IMG/VR virus record: IMGVR_UViG_3300046333_000090
Source of the DNA: a virus
DNA length: 64,000 nucleotides
Strand: one strand, 5' to 3'
Of this stretch, positions 1 through 9,732 are shown in pieces. Every line of letters starts with the position of its first letter. Position 1 is the first letter of the stretch. The position numbers and the translations under genes were made by a program. Below the pieces are notes generated by a model that saw only the letters and a program-made list of their open reading frames with translations, ran no database searches and was not told where the DNA came from.

Positions 1-359
1 TCAATATAGGGAGTAAAAATAACCAGAACTTCGTTCAAGTACCATTTAATGATTTGATAGCTAAACTGCATTACAAATGTGAGTTGGTAGGTATAAAATT
101 TATAGAACAAGAAGAGAGTTATACAAGTAAAGCAAGTTTCTTAGATGCAGATTCAATTCCTACTTACAGTGCAGGTGTAACACACCAGTTCAGCGGTAGA
201 AGACTGCAACGAGGAATGTACAAAGCCAAGAGTGGTCTGAGATTGAATGCAGACATAAATGGTAGTTATAATATCATGAGAAAAGCAATCCCAAACGTGT
301 TCAGCAATGGGATAGAGGGTTTAGTAGTACACCCAGTAAGGATAAAAACTTACAAATGA
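1..359 (+). CDS. tnpB: TnpB (IS200/IS605/IS607 RNA-guided endonuclease), C-terminal part; gene starts before the window
   Basis: The frame is open from the window start (NIGSKNNQNFVQVPF). It has RuvC-II/III motifs EESYTSKASFLD and NADINGSYNI, and the cyanobacterial-type tail GIEGLVVHPVRI. Confidence 0.88.
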   Translation, partial: NIGSKNNQNFVQVPFNDLIAKLHYKCELVGIKFIEQEESYTSKASFLDADSIPTYSAGVTHQFSGRRLQRGMYKAKSGLRLNADINGSYNIMRKAIPNVFSNGIEGLVVHPVRIKTYK

Positions 360-437
360 GTAGTAAAGACTTAAATGTCTATATTATTCGATACTATATT
401 GTCAATGTAGTACACAATTCCAAAATTTTAACAAATA

Positions 438-725
438 ATGAAAAAAATATTAATAACTAATGGATATGGTGCTGGCTGGAGTACATGGAACCCAGCCAAC
501 CAAGAATGTCTTACTGACCCAACTATTATTGCTATGGTTGAAGCCAATACTTCATCAACAGATATTGAAAATAAAGCTAAAGAAATGTGGGCAGATGGTT
601 ATTGGGGCGGCGGTGATAATTTAAAAGTAATAGAAGTAGAGGAAGCAACAGACTTTAGGATAATTGAGCATGACGGGTGGGAAGATATTATGTACAAAAC
701 TGATTATAATTGGATTATTTTGTGA
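438..725 (+). CDS. hypothetical phage protein
   Basis: Clean 95-aa ORF with GYGAGWSTWN and EHDGWE motifs resembling a small conserved phage family. Confidence 0.7.
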   Translation: MKKILITNGYGAGWSTWNPANQECLTDPTIIAMVEANTSSTDIENKAKEMWADGYWGGGDNLKVIEVEEATDFRIIEHDGWEDIMYKTDYNWIIL

Positions 726-800
726 TGACAAGAATATTAAAATTTGTAATAATAGAAATGTGTGTTAAAATAATAATATAAACCTATCTTAATTTAATTA

Positions 801-932
801 ATGTTTAGTACTGCAATTGGCATTTGTCTACTTTTGGTTATGTTTTGTGGTACCATAGCACTTTTGGAGATATTGTTAATTAATATTTTGGATTTTTTTG
901 AATATATTGTAGAATATTGGCACAGAAAATAA
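801..932 (+). CDS. small membrane protein (43 aa)
   Basis: ATG801..TAA932 reads MFSTAIGICLLLVMFCGTIALLEILL, downstream of a TGTGTTAAAAT promoter-like motif. Confidence 0.4.
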   Translation: MFSTAIGICLLLVMFCGTIALLEILLINILDFFEYIVEYWHRK

Positions 933-952
933 CAACATTATTTGCCTCACCT

Positions 953-985
953 AAGGTGAGGCATTCTAGTCACCTCTCAGAGTAT
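953..985 (-). repeat. partial copy of the dispersed intergenic cassette core
   Basis: Reverse complement TACTCTGAGAGGTGACTAGAATGCC matches the core GCTGAGAGGGGTCTAGAATGC. Confidence 0.6.
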
Positions 986-1015
986 ATTTGTAAATTAATC
1001 CCACAATCGAAAAAA

Positions 1016-1969
1016 ATGGAAGAGTATTTGTTTGTAGAGAAATATGCACCCAGAACTGTAGATCAGTGCATTTTACCATCAGAAATCAAGAAAGTATTTA
1101 TAGAATATAGAAATACTGGCAATATTCCTAATTTGATCCTTACATCTCCGCCAGGTGTTGGCAAAACTTCGAGTATTAAGGCATTAGTAAGAGATTTAGG
1201 AATGGATCTATTGTTCGTGAATGGGAGTAATGAGGGACGTTATCTAGATACTATCAGAGATAAGGTTGTGCAATTTTGTTCGTCTGTATCGATGCTGAAT
1301 GACTCACCAAAAAAGAAAGTTGTTATTTTGGATGAGTTTGACAATACATTAGATAACGTACAGTTATGTTTAAGAGGGGTAATTGAAGAATTTCAATCTA
1401 ATGTTATTTTTGTATTTACGGCAAATAATTATAATAAAATTCTCCCAGCCATCATTTCAAGATGTAGTACTATTGAGTATGTGATACCAAAAGAAGAAAA
1501 GAAGCAAATGATGATCGAGGTTTATAAGCGATTAGAATTTGTTCTCAATGAAGAAAATATTTCTTTTGAAAAACCTGTGTTAATCTCACTAGTAAAGAAT
1601 TTATTTCCTGATATTCGCAAAATATTTAATGAAGTACAAAGGCATTCTGTAGGTGGGGTGTTAGATGGTTCTGCTTTCATTATAACTACTAATGATAAAA
1701 TAACTCAATTAGTTGAATTGATGAGAAATAAAAAATTTGAGCAGATCCGCATTTGGGTATCTACTCACAACAATCATCTCACTAACTCTTATCGTTTACT
1801 ATATGATGCGTTAAGATTGGTTTTAGAGGATGCTGGGATTGCTCAATGTATTTTGATCATAGCTGATTATCAACATAAAGCAAATTTTGCTGTCGATCAA
1901 GAAATCAACTATCTTGCTATGATCGTGTCGATAGCCTATGATCCCGATGTCAGGTGGTTAAACAAGTAA
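1016..1969 (+). CDS. 44: sliding clamp loader large subunit (T4 gp44)
   Basis: Motifs FVEKYAP, Walker A SPPGVGKT, Walker B ILDEFD and SRC. The likely start is ATG1016 rather than TTG917. Confidence 0.93.
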   Translation: MEEYLFVEKYAPRTVDQCILPSEIKKVFIEYRNTGNIPNLILTSPPGVGKTSSIKALVRDLGMDLLFVNGSNEGRYLDTIRDKVVQFCSSVSMLNDSPKKKVVILDEFDNTLDNVQLCLRGVIEEFQSNVIFVFTANNYNKILPAIISRCSTIEYVIPKEEKKQMMIEVYKRLEFVLNEENISFEKPVLISLVKNLFPDIRKIFNEVQRHSVGGVLDGSAFIITTNDKITQLVELMRNKKFEQIRIWVSTHNNHLTNSYRLLYDALRLVLEDAGIAQCILIIADYQHKANFAVDQEINYLAMIVSIAYDPDVRWLNK

Positions 1970-1983
1970 AATTTATTTATTAT

Positions 1984-2014
1984 TTTTTATATCCCTAATG
2001 ATAGGGATATTTTT
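1984..2014. terminator. hairpin terminator after gp44
   Basis: ATATCCCTA-ATGA-TAGGGATAT flanked by T-runs. Confidence 0.55.
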
Positions 2015-2130
2015 ATATATGTTAATTTATTGATATATATGTGCCCTACTTTAATTAAAGTAGGAATTTTTTTTAGATAAACGAATAAAACCCTGCTAAA
2101 TACTTATGTAATGCAACGTAAGTATGATAA

Positions 2131-2649
2131 ATGGTAGATTTCAGTAAGTTTGACTGGGTGAGTATTTTTAATGTAGTGGCATCTACTGCAAAAATGACTA
2201 ATAATCAGCGCAGATGTTTAAGAACCGAGATCATAGAATTAGCATTATCAAAGCATTCTGGTGGGCAACTCAAATATGTGGGCGACTCAATGAATGGATG
2301 TGACTTTATTGATAATGATAATATTCGCTACGAGTGTAAATCCAGACAAAAGATGTTTTCTAAATCCAGAAATGGTTGTACTAAAGAAATAATACTAAAG
2401 AACTTTTACAGAAAATCGGAACCCATATCTCACCAAACATTCGATCATATGATTATGATGGATTCTACAGAAAATTCTATTGGAGTAGTTGATTATGAAA
2501 CAGCCATCAAATACAGTAATATTACCGATAGTATTATAACTACCAAGATAGCATTGAATGAAATTAACTATGTGACAGAAAAAGTTGTTACTAATAATGT
2601 CATTGATTTTGAGCAAACCTTGAATACATTAATATTTGCCTCTATTTGA
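2131..2649 (+). CDS. hypothetical protein, PD-(D/E)xK nuclease-like
   Basis: GCDF...YECKS pattern. Confidence 0.55.
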   Translation: MVDFSKFDWVSIFNVVASTAKMTNNQRRCLRTEIIELALSKHSGGQLKYVGDSMNGCDFIDNDNIRYECKSRQKMFSKSRNGCTKEIILKNFYRKSEPISHQTFDHMIMMDSTENSIGVVDYETAIKYSNITDSIITTKIALNEINYVTEKVVTNNVIDFEQTLNTLIFASI

Positions 2650-2674
2650 CAATTTAATATAAATCTATTATAAT
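2646..2674 (+). promoter_or_regulatory. sigma70-type promoter
   Basis: TTGACA-N17-TATAAT upstream of gp62. Confidence 0.65.
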
Positions 2675-2702
2675 AGTATATGACTGACTCGAAATAAATA
2701 AA

Positions 2703-3086
2703 ATGGCACATTCTCTTACCGATTTGCTGAAGGATATAAATGTAAATAAGAAAAATATTATCAGGAATAGCGAAGATAAAAAATATCCATTATATTCAGT
2801 GTTAAAATGCTTGAACGGGATAGATACACTATTATTAGTTAATGAATTAAATCTACGAACTGGGATAGAACCAGCAGTAGCATATGATTATCTAATAAGT
2901 ATTATCCCAAGAAAGACTAGATACAATAAGTGGATAAAAACTCAAACTAATCCTGATATTGATTTGATTATGGAATTTTACTCTTACAGCAGAGATAAGG
3001 CGGTCATCTCATTAGAACTTTTAACCCCACAGCAACTTACGGAAATTAGAAATTGTTATGACATCAGCAGTAGCAGAAAAAAATAG
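2703..3086 (+). CDS. 62: clamp loader small subunit (T4 gp62)
   Basis: DTLLLVNELN, RKTRYNKW and FYSYSRDKA motifs; sits between gp44 and regA. Confidence 0.88.
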   Translation: MAHSLTDLLKDINVNKKNIIRNSEDKKYPLYSVLKCLNGIDTLLLVNELNLRTGIEPAVAYDYLISIIPRKTRYNKWIKTQTNPDIDLIMEFYSYSRDKAVISLELLTPQQLTEIRNCYDISSSRKK

Positions 3087-3531
3087 TTCCGACCAATCTA
3101 CAGAAATCATCCCTCCATATACTCGACCATCTATTGTAGATTGGTCGGAAGAAATGATGGTAGAGATTACTTTACCAAAAACCTCTAATTATAAAAAGGT
3201 CTACGAGATTCTTACTAGAATTGGCGTGGTATCTAAAGACCAAAAAACACTTTATCAGAGTTGCCATATTCTCAAAATGGATGACAAACTTTGGTTAGTA
3301 CACTTTAAAGAATTGTTTGCTTTGCGCGGTAATGGTTCTACCTTTTCCACTGAAGATCTTCGCCGCCGTCAATCTATTATTGCATTATTGACGCAATGGA
3401 ATTATATTACTCCTGTAGTTATGCGTCCAGAATATTCAGAGAAGGTTGATACACGGGGGATCGTGGTTTTACCAACTTCACAAAAAGTTAATTGGTCGTT
3501 AGAGACAAAATATAGTTTACTACAAAATTAA
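3058..3531 (+). CDS. regA: translational repressor RegA
   Basis: EILTRIGV, LYQSCHIL and VHFKELFAL signatures. Confidence 0.92.
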   Translation: MTSAVAEKNSSDQSTEIIPPYTRPSIVDWSEEMMVEITLPKTSNYKKVYEILTRIGVVSKDQKTLYQSCHILKMDDKLWLVHFKELFALRGNGSTFSTEDLRRRQSIIALLTQWNYITPVVMRPEYSEKVDTRGIVVLPTSQKVNWSLETKYSLLQN

Positions 3532-3532
3532 A

Positions 3533-3664
3533 TTTATTAAATTTAATAATCACTTTCTAACTTGTATGGGGAGTGATTATTAATATGTGCTGAGAGTGCC
3601 CCAAAATGCTCTATAACGCACGGAATTCATAAATATGATTACTAGTATATAATCATAATAAACT
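3533..3664 (+). repeat. dispersed intergenic cassette (palindrome, hairpin, core, late-promoter-like CATAAATA)
   Basis: ATTAAATTTAAT, an AATCACT..AGTGATT hairpin, then GCTGAGAGTGCCCCAAAATGCTCTATAACGCACG..ATAAATATGATTACTAGTA. Confidence 0.8.
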
Positions 3665-4354
3665 ATGCTTTTAGAGGAATATATTCAGACGTTGAGATAT
3701 CATTCTGTACTGAATCCTAAGTTATTCACGAATAACAAATTGAAATCACAAATTAGGGATAAGTTGATTCAGATAGCTAATTTATTTGCAATAGATTGTA
3801 ATATATCACAAAAACAGATAATAGACTATTATCTGGTTGGTGCTAATGCCCACTATAATTATACAGAATTGTCTGATATAGATGTACATATAATTATTGA
3901 TTTTAGAACAATCAATGGTGGCGATATCGATCTTGCAGATTACTATAAAGATAAGAAAGAATTATTTACAGATAATCACACTATTACTATAGAAGGGTAT
4001 CCAGTTGAGTTATATGTACAGGATGTTTCCCAACTATCACCAAAAGGACAGGGGATTTATTCATTAACTCAAAATAAATTTTTAATTAAACCACAACAGG
4101 TAGAGATTGATTATAATGATCCTAAACTAATTTCTAAAATAGAATCGTATATTAAGAAGATTGATAATACAGACAGTATAGAAGAAATGCGAAAATTAAA
4201 AACTAAATTAAAGAATATGAGAACAATTGGATTGACGAGAGTAGGGGAATTTTCTATTGAAAATTTGACAGTAAAATCTCTTAGAAATTTGGGGTATATT
4301 GAAAAATTACAAGATAAATATAAATCTTTACTAGATAAAGCTTTATCGATTTGA
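3665..4354 (+). CDS. Pol-beta-superfamily nucleotidyltransferase
   Basis: GANAHYNY...SDIDVH motif followed by PVELYVQD. Confidence 0.7.
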   Translation: MLLEEYIQTLRYHSVLNPKLFTNNKLKSQIRDKLIQIANLFAIDCNISQKQIIDYYLVGANAHYNYTELSDIDVHIIIDFRTINGGDIDLADYYKDKKELFTDNHTITIEGYPVELYVQDVSQLSPKGQGIYSLTQNKFLIKPQQVEIDYNDPKLISKIESYIKKIDNTDSIEEMRKLKTKLKNMRTIGLTRVGEFSIENLTVKSLRNLGYIEKLQDKYKSLLDKALSI

Positions 4355-4406
4355 CATTTAATCAAATTAATGTTAAACTAAAACTAGTTGATTAACTTTA
4401 ACAGTA

Positions 4407-4766
4407 ATGAAAAAAAGTCAAGAACACTATAATTTAGATCCTAAAGGGTATGGAAAATTTTTATCAGAAGTAGTAGAAGAATGTCATGGTTGGTTGAGTA
4501 ATGTTTCTTGGGATTATATGCAGGAATGGGAGCAATTAGAATTGATAACTATTGCTACCGAGTTTATCGATTTGATGATTCGTCATATTGTAGAAAATTT
4601 AGAATTTTCTAATGAAGAACTTGGGTATACTCTTTATGAGATTACTTATCCATATTGGTTCGATCAATATGGAGATATAGAATATGTGTGGGAAGGATAC
4701 GAAGATTGGCAAAAAGAATCATTTACATCACTAGCACAAGAATTAATGGTACTAATATCATGCTAA
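4407..4766 (+). CDS. hypothetical acidic protein
   Basis: ORF downstream of TTGACA-N17-TAAACT. Confidence 0.6.
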   Translation: MKKSQEHYNLDPKGYGKFLSEVVEECHGWLSNVSWDYMQEWEQLELITIATEFIDLMIRHIVENLEFSNEELGYTLYEITYPYWFDQYGDIEYVWEGYEDWQKESFTSLAQELMVLISC

Positions 4767-5092
4767 AAGTCATAGAATTAATTACCCGTCGATTGCTAAT
4801 CGGAGAAGTGAGTATACTGGAAGATGAACCAGCATTGATTATTCAGAATAGCTATTGTGTGGATTATGGTATGGAACTAATAAAGTATCCCTTCCATTCA
4901 GATGAGAATAATACAATATTAAATTCTGCAAATATACTCACTATATATACACCCAATGATGAGTTGACTGAATTGTATTTAAAGCATCCACAATATCCTG
5001 ATATTTTAGCAGATGAGCAAGACGAAGATGCAACTGCTATATTGAATACATTGTATGTGGATGATGTGGAAGTAGGGGTAGAAGATTATTAA
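4759..5092 (+). CDS. hypothetical protein (T4-like conserved, possibly Sm-like)
   Basis: The likely start is ATG4759 (MLKVIELITRRLLIGEV). It resembles the small genes preceding DNA polymerase in cyanomyoviruses. Confidence 0.55.
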
Positions 5093-5337
5093 GAATACTA
5101 GTCCAAAAAATTCAAATTCTATAAAAAATGTTCCTAAAAATTGTTGTTTTTATTGTGGAATTCAATTTGGAAACTTTAGTCCATCCTCAGATAAAAAAAT
5201 GCTCGTAACTAATGGTGATGAAATAATTGGTTGGATGTGTGGTGCTGGTTGTGGTACGAATGATGATTTGTGTGATGATAATAATGAATTGATTTGACAA
5301 TAACAATTAATAGTATTATAATTATAATTATAATTAT

Positions 5338-5641
5338 CGGAGATTTGGGTAAAAACCCCGTCCTGAAGGACGGCTTTCTCCTAATTACTCCTTGACTTTC
5401 TATATTTTCTCCGCTATAATATATACATAGAATAAACTAAACAAAAACCAAGTTTACAATATTCTATATCAATCAAAATGGAAAAAAGTCGGCATCGGTC
5501 ATGGGCACGACTATAAATGTGCGGTGAGAGCAGGTAAGACTAAATAGTAACCCCGTAAGGGGTAATTAGATAGCAATTGTTCTGAGAAACGCAAAGGAAT
5601 CCCTGAGCGAAGCGATGCTTTAGCACAGGGAGGTATGTCAA
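5338..5641 (+). mobile_element. non-autonomous IS200/IS605 derivative (about 304 bp, no ORF)
   Basis: Left-end hairpin AAAACCCCGTCCTGAAGGACGGCTTT is near-identical to 63918-64000, and both copies follow ATTAT. The right end GAATCCCTG..TTTAGCACAGGGAGGTATGTCAA finishes in TCAA. Confidence 0.82.
5392..5420 (+). promoter_or_regulatory. sigma70 promoter inside the IS left end
   Basis: TTGACT-N17-TATAAT. Confidence 0.7.
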
Positions 5642-5660
5642 CTGTTATTTTGTATAAACA
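5485..5660 (+). ncRNA. putative TnpB omega/reRNA scaffold plus flank-derived guide
   Basis: Resembles IS605 right-end RNA (TGCGGTGAGAGCAGGTAAGAC...GAAACGCAAAGGAATCCC...GTATGTCAA) with an internal hairpin ACCCC-GTAA-GGGGT. Confidence 0.55.
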
Positions 5661-5844
5661 AGTTGATTCCAGTATTAATATTAATAATTTTGTTAAGATA
5701 CCTGCAAAATTAAACAATATTTATGGGAAAATTAGTAAATTCAAGGCTATGTTGGTTAATGATAAAGTAGATCATTATATATTGGATTTTAGCCACAATA
5801 ATACTACTGGTTTACTAACTGAACAATTATTTTTTTCCAGATAA
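5635..5844 (+). CDS. hypothetical protein; its start codon is supplied by the IS right end
   Basis: The ATG lies within GGAGGTATGTCAA of the element. Confidence 0.4.
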   Translation: MSTVILYKQVDSSININNFVKIPAKLNNIYGKISKFKAMLVNDKVDHYILDFSHNNTTGLLTEQLFFSR

Positions 5845-5903
5845 ATCAACTACTAATATACAAAAAATAATTGATGATAATTACTGTGTCGATTTAGTAT
5901 TTG

Positions 5904-6230
5904 ATGAATTCAAAACTGTTCAACCCATCCCTTTATTACAGAAAAATTGTGACTAGTTTATTAGAACGTGATCCATCATCAATTAAATGGGTCAAGCATA
6001 CCCTGAAAACAAAAGAATTGGCTGATCCTCGCCCATTAAAATTTAATCCAAAATATCCATCATTTATCACAGGATTTTCTGGAGATTATACTACGGTAGT
6101 GATGTGGTTGCCGGAATCCGAAAATATATTCAAGTATTATGATGACGCTTTCGACATCAAACGAGAATTGTTTGATCGGATTGAATTCACTGACCGACTA
6201 CCACAACCTGATTACTTTATATATTCCTAA
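5904..6230 (+). CDS. hypothetical protein
   Basis: ORF with a DPRP...ITGFS...DRLPQPDYF phage-like pattern. Confidence 0.6.
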   Translation: MNSKLFNPSLYYRKIVTSLLERDPSSIKWVKHTLKTKELADPRPLKFNPKYPSFITGFSGDYTTVVMWLPESENIFKYYDDAFDIKRELFDRIEFTDRLPQPDYFIYS

Positions 6231-6233
6231 ATC

Positions 6234-7244
6234 ATGAAAACTACTCAAGACCTTCTCAAATCTATTAACAATAAAGGTGCTGCATTTTTAGGCGATTCCG
6301 TGTATTATGGTGAGCGGGAACTGATTGCTACTGACATTCCAATCATCAATGTTGCATTGTCTGGTTCTTTAGATGGCGGACTTCAAACAGGGTTGACTCT
6401 TATTGGAGGGGCAAGCAAATCTTATAAGACGGTATTATCGCTGACGTGTGCTAAGGCTTATATGGATAAGTATCCAGAAGCACCTTTATTCTTTTTTGAT
6501 GCGGAGCATGGGGCGAGTATGGATTATTTTACATCTGTTGGAATAGATACAACAAGAGTAGTTCATATTCCAGTAGTTAGCGTAGAGGAATTTAAGAATC
6601 AAGCATATGCACTATTAGATAATATTGAGCGTGGGTATAAGTGTATTATGCTCCTAGATAGTCTTGGTGCATTGGCTAGTAATAAAACTATCGAAGATAC
6701 CACAGCAAATAAGAATACTGCTGATCTTACCAGACCAAAAGCAATCAATTTAGTAGCTAGATTGATTACTCCGCAACTAAACGTGAAAGATATTCCTATG
6801 ATTGTAATTAATCATATTTACGAATCAATGGATCAATACACACCAGCCAAAATGGGGGGGGGCAATGGGATCATATATGCCGCAAATACTGCATTTATTA
6901 TCACCAAAACTAAGATCAAAGATGGTCAAGAACTAGAAGGATTCACTTTCAATCTTAATATTTTTAAGTCAAGATATGTTAAAGAGGGAAAAGTGTTATC
7001 ATTTGATGTATTATATGATAAAGGCATTCAACGTTTATCAGGAATATTAGAGTTAGCAGTAGAATTTGGTGCTATTAAACAGGGAGGTGGTTGGTATACC
7101 TATGTGGGTGAAGATGGAGAACCGATTGGTAGTAAAATGAGATCTAGTTCTACAGAACTAGAAACTATTTTAACTGGATTGTTAGAATGTGATAAGTTTA
7201 AAAAATTTGTAGAAAAGAAATATAAGTTAGTTTATGCTGAATAA
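6234..7244 (+). CDS. uvsX: RecA-like recombinase UvsX
   Basis: NVALSGSLDGG, Walker A GASKSYKT, FFDAE, LDSLGAL and KSRYVKE. Confidence 0.95.
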   Translation: MKTTQDLLKSINNKGAAFLGDSVYYGERELIATDIPIINVALSGSLDGGLQTGLTLIGGASKSYKTVLSLTCAKAYMDKYPEAPLFFFDAEHGASMDYFTSVGIDTTRVVHIPVVSVEEFKNQAYALLDNIERGYKCIMLLDSLGALASNKTIEDTTANKNTADLTRPKAINLVARLITPQLNVKDIPMIVINHIYESMDQYTPAKMGGGNGIIYAANTAFIITKTKIKDGQELEGFTFNLNIFKSRYVKEGKVLSFDVLYDKGIQRLSGILELAVEFGAIKQGGGWYTYVGEDGEPIGSKMRSSSTELETILTGLLECDKFKKFVEKKYKLVYAE

Positions 7245-7301
7245 AACTAACAATATTGAATAGTTTGTGTTATAATTATTGAAAGTCAATATATTGAAAT
7301 T

Positions 7302-9686
7302 ATGGATTTGGAACTTTTAATTTTGTCTGCATTGGTGTTTGACCGAGTATATACTAGTAAAGTCATTACCTTTTTAAAACAGGAATACTTTACTAGTCCT
7401 GGCACTAAAAATATTTTTATTATGATTAATACTCATTTTGAAAAATATAGTAGTTGTCCAACCATAGAAGTGTTGGCTATAGAAGCATTGAATATAACAA
7501 ATATCACTGCCCCACTAGCTAAAGATATTGAATCCAATCTAAACAAATTGTGCAAGACGGAATATAGTTTAGATTGGTTAACTGATGCTACCGAAAAATT
7601 TTGTAAGGAGCGTGCAGTTTACTTGGCAATTGTAGAATCAATTGAGATTCAAGATGGGACTAACCCCAATAAACCCGTAGATGCAATCCCTGATATTTTA
7701 TCAAAGGCATTAGCAGTATCATTTTCCACTGATGTTGGTGTTCAATACCTGACTTCCGCAGAAGAACGATATGACTATTACAATACCGTCGATACTGATA
7801 AAATACCATTTGGTCTGAAACACCTAGACAATATAACTAATAACGGATTAGCCAGAAAAACATTAAATCTGATCGTTGCCTCAGCTTCGACTGGCAAAAT
7901 GCAACCAGTCTCAGAACCAGTTCTAACCCCTCTAGGATGGTCTACTATGGGTGCTATTCGTCCTGGTGACTATGTGATTGGTTCTGCTGGTCTTCCTATC
8001 AAAGTATTAGCTATTCATCCTCAAGGAGTACAGGATGTATATACAGTAAAGACTATGGATGGGGTAGATATACGTTGTGGTAAAGACCATCTATGGTCTG
8101 TACATACAAATGGTAGTAAAAATTTAGTTACTAAAACTACACAAGAACTGATTGATAGTGGATTATACAATAATATTCAAAAAAGAACTGGAAAATATAC
8201 TAAATCTTACAAATATGCTTTGCCTACATTTGTGGGAATACAGGGTGGGAAAAATATTATTTATGCTTATGCACTAGGATATTTTATTTTAGGTGGTCGA
8301 TTTGTTTCAGATACCGTAAGAGTAGTGTGTTATAAACAATACCAACAGAAACTACAGGAATTATTAGAAACTGTATTAGGAACACCTGCACCTATAACAA
8401 TTTCAGGTAATATGTTTTATTCCCTGACAGATATACATACAAAATTAAGACAATATACTAACTGGAACGCTTATCAACTTGGTAATAAACATTTGCCAAT
8501 AACAACAATTAACTGGCAGAATTGGGATTATAATTCTAGGTTAGAACTGCTAAGCGGTATCCTAGATTCTAATTTTATGAAATATAATAAATTTTCATGT
8601 GATTCTAAAGACATTTTGATTTTAGTACAAAATTTAATTCGATCTCTTGGTGGAGTTTGTCAGCCGATAGTATTATCTAAAAATGCTGGGTATTATAGTA
8701 GTGGATTTCATGCCAGTATTAAATTTGTTATGCCAGTATGTCCATATAAACTTCACACAGCATGGAATCCTTGTAATAGTAAGTTTAGAACTAATATTAC
8801 ATCCATCACTAAGGAAGATTATCAGGAAGAGCAAGTTTGTATTACAGTTGATGCAGAGGATCATTTATACGTGACTACTGGGTTTAAATTGACTCATAAT
8901 AGTATCATGTTGTGTCATCATGCAGCTAAGTGTTTAGAGCAAGGTAAAAATGTACTATTTGTCACATTAGAGATGAGTGCCGAAGCTATTAGCCAAAGAA
9001 TCGATGCAAATTTAATGCAGGTGAATATTAATACATTATATAGTGGAACTAAAGACGCATATCTTAATAAATTTAACAAAATAAAACAAAAAACATTAGG
9101 ACAATTGTATATAAAAGAATATCCAATTTCTACTGCTCATGCGGGAAATTTTAATGCGTTGATTGATGAATTAGCAATTAAGAAAAGCTTTCATCCTGAT
9201 ATAATCATTATTGATTATCTTAATATTTGTGCGTCCTCTACAAATAGTAGTAATAGTAATTCGTACGAAAGAGTAAAGTGTATAGCAGAACAATTGCGTT
9301 CATTAGCACAGAAAAGAAATCTTCCTGTACTCAGCGCAATTCAATTAAATCGTTCAGGTAGTGGCAATACCTCACCAGATATGGCAGATATTGCTGATTC
9401 GTATGCGTTGGCTATGGTGGCTGATTTTATTTTAGCATTGGTGACTAATGAATCATTAGCAGAACTGGAACAGATACTATGTTGCCAAATTAAAAATAGA
9501 TATGCAGATGTGGGTAAACCTAAAAAATTTATATTAGGATTAGATAAACCAAAAATGACATTTTATGATGTGAATGTTGAATATAATGATTCTGGAGATA
9601 AATCAGAATTTATAGATGTAGAAGGTAGAGAAGTAGTAATCAGTCTCAATAAAAATAAAAAACAAGTAAGTAGATATATTGAGTAA
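7302..9686 (+). CDS. 41: replicative DnaB-like helicase (T4 gp41) with intein
   Basis: TEKFCKERA, P-loop ASTGK|S, VTLEMS, IIDYLNI and AIQLNRSG. Confidence 0.95.
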   Translation: MDLELLILSALVFDRVYTSKVITFLKQEYFTSPGTKNIFIMINTHFEKYSSCPTIEVLAIEALNITNITAPLAKDIESNLNKLCKTEYSLDWLTDATEKFCKERAVYLAIVESIEIQDGTNPNKPVDAIPDILSKALAVSFSTDVGVQYLTSAEERYDYYNTVDTDKIPFGLKHLDNITNNGLARKTLNLIVASASTGKMQPVSEPVLTPLGWSTMGAIRPGDYVIGSAGLPIKVLAIHPQGVQDVYTVKTMDGVDIRCGKDHLWSVHTNGSKNLVTKTTQELIDSGLYNNIQKRTGKYTKSYKYALPTFVGIQGGKNIIYAYALGYFILGGRFVSDTVRVVCYKQYQQKLQELLETVLGTPAPITISGNMFYSLTDIHTKLRQYTNWNAYQLGNKHLPITTINWQNWDYNSRLELLSGILDSNFMKYNKFSCDSKDILILVQNLIRSLGGVCQPIVLSKNAGYYSSGFHASIKFVMPVCPYKLHTAWNPCNSKFRTNITSITKEDYQEEQVCITVDAEDHLYVTTGFKLTHNSIMLCHHAAKCLEQGKNVLFVTLEMSAEAISQRIDANLMQVNINTLYSGTKDAYLNKFNKIKQKTLGQLYIKEYPISTAHAGNFNALIDELAIKKSFHPDIIIIDYLNICASSTNSSNSNSYERVKCIAEQLRSLAQKRNLPVLSAIQLNRSGSGNTSPDMADIADSYALAMVADFILALVTNESLAELEQILCCQIKNRYADVGKPKKFILGLDKPKMTFYDVNVEYNDSGDKSEFIDVEGREVVISLNKNKKQVSRYIE
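7899..8900 (+). mobile_element. class 3 intein in the helicase P-loop (334 aa, degenerate LAGLIDADG)
   Basis: Runs MQPVSEPVLTP...DHLW...QVCITVD...LTHN|S, with the WCT triad present. Confidence 0.88.
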
Positions 9687-9732
9687 ACTATGTTAACATA
9701 TTGATATCGAGATCACTCACTAATTAAATACT

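Noticed and set aside
1-410. The tnpB at the window start as the parent of the 5338-5641 element
   Set aside because: Its 3' region does not match the 5485-5641 right end, so it is probably a different IS family; cognate pairing is unsupported.
917-1015. Track-extended starts (917, 10854, 23400, 53550, 4655)
   Set aside because: The extensions run through promoters, repeats or upstream genes; downstream ATGs match homolog N-termini better.
5082-5297. Cys-rich frame (CCFYC...WMCGAGC)
   Set aside because: No ATG/GTG/TTG before the first Cys cluster; it may be a remnant or use an ATT start, so it is not supportable.
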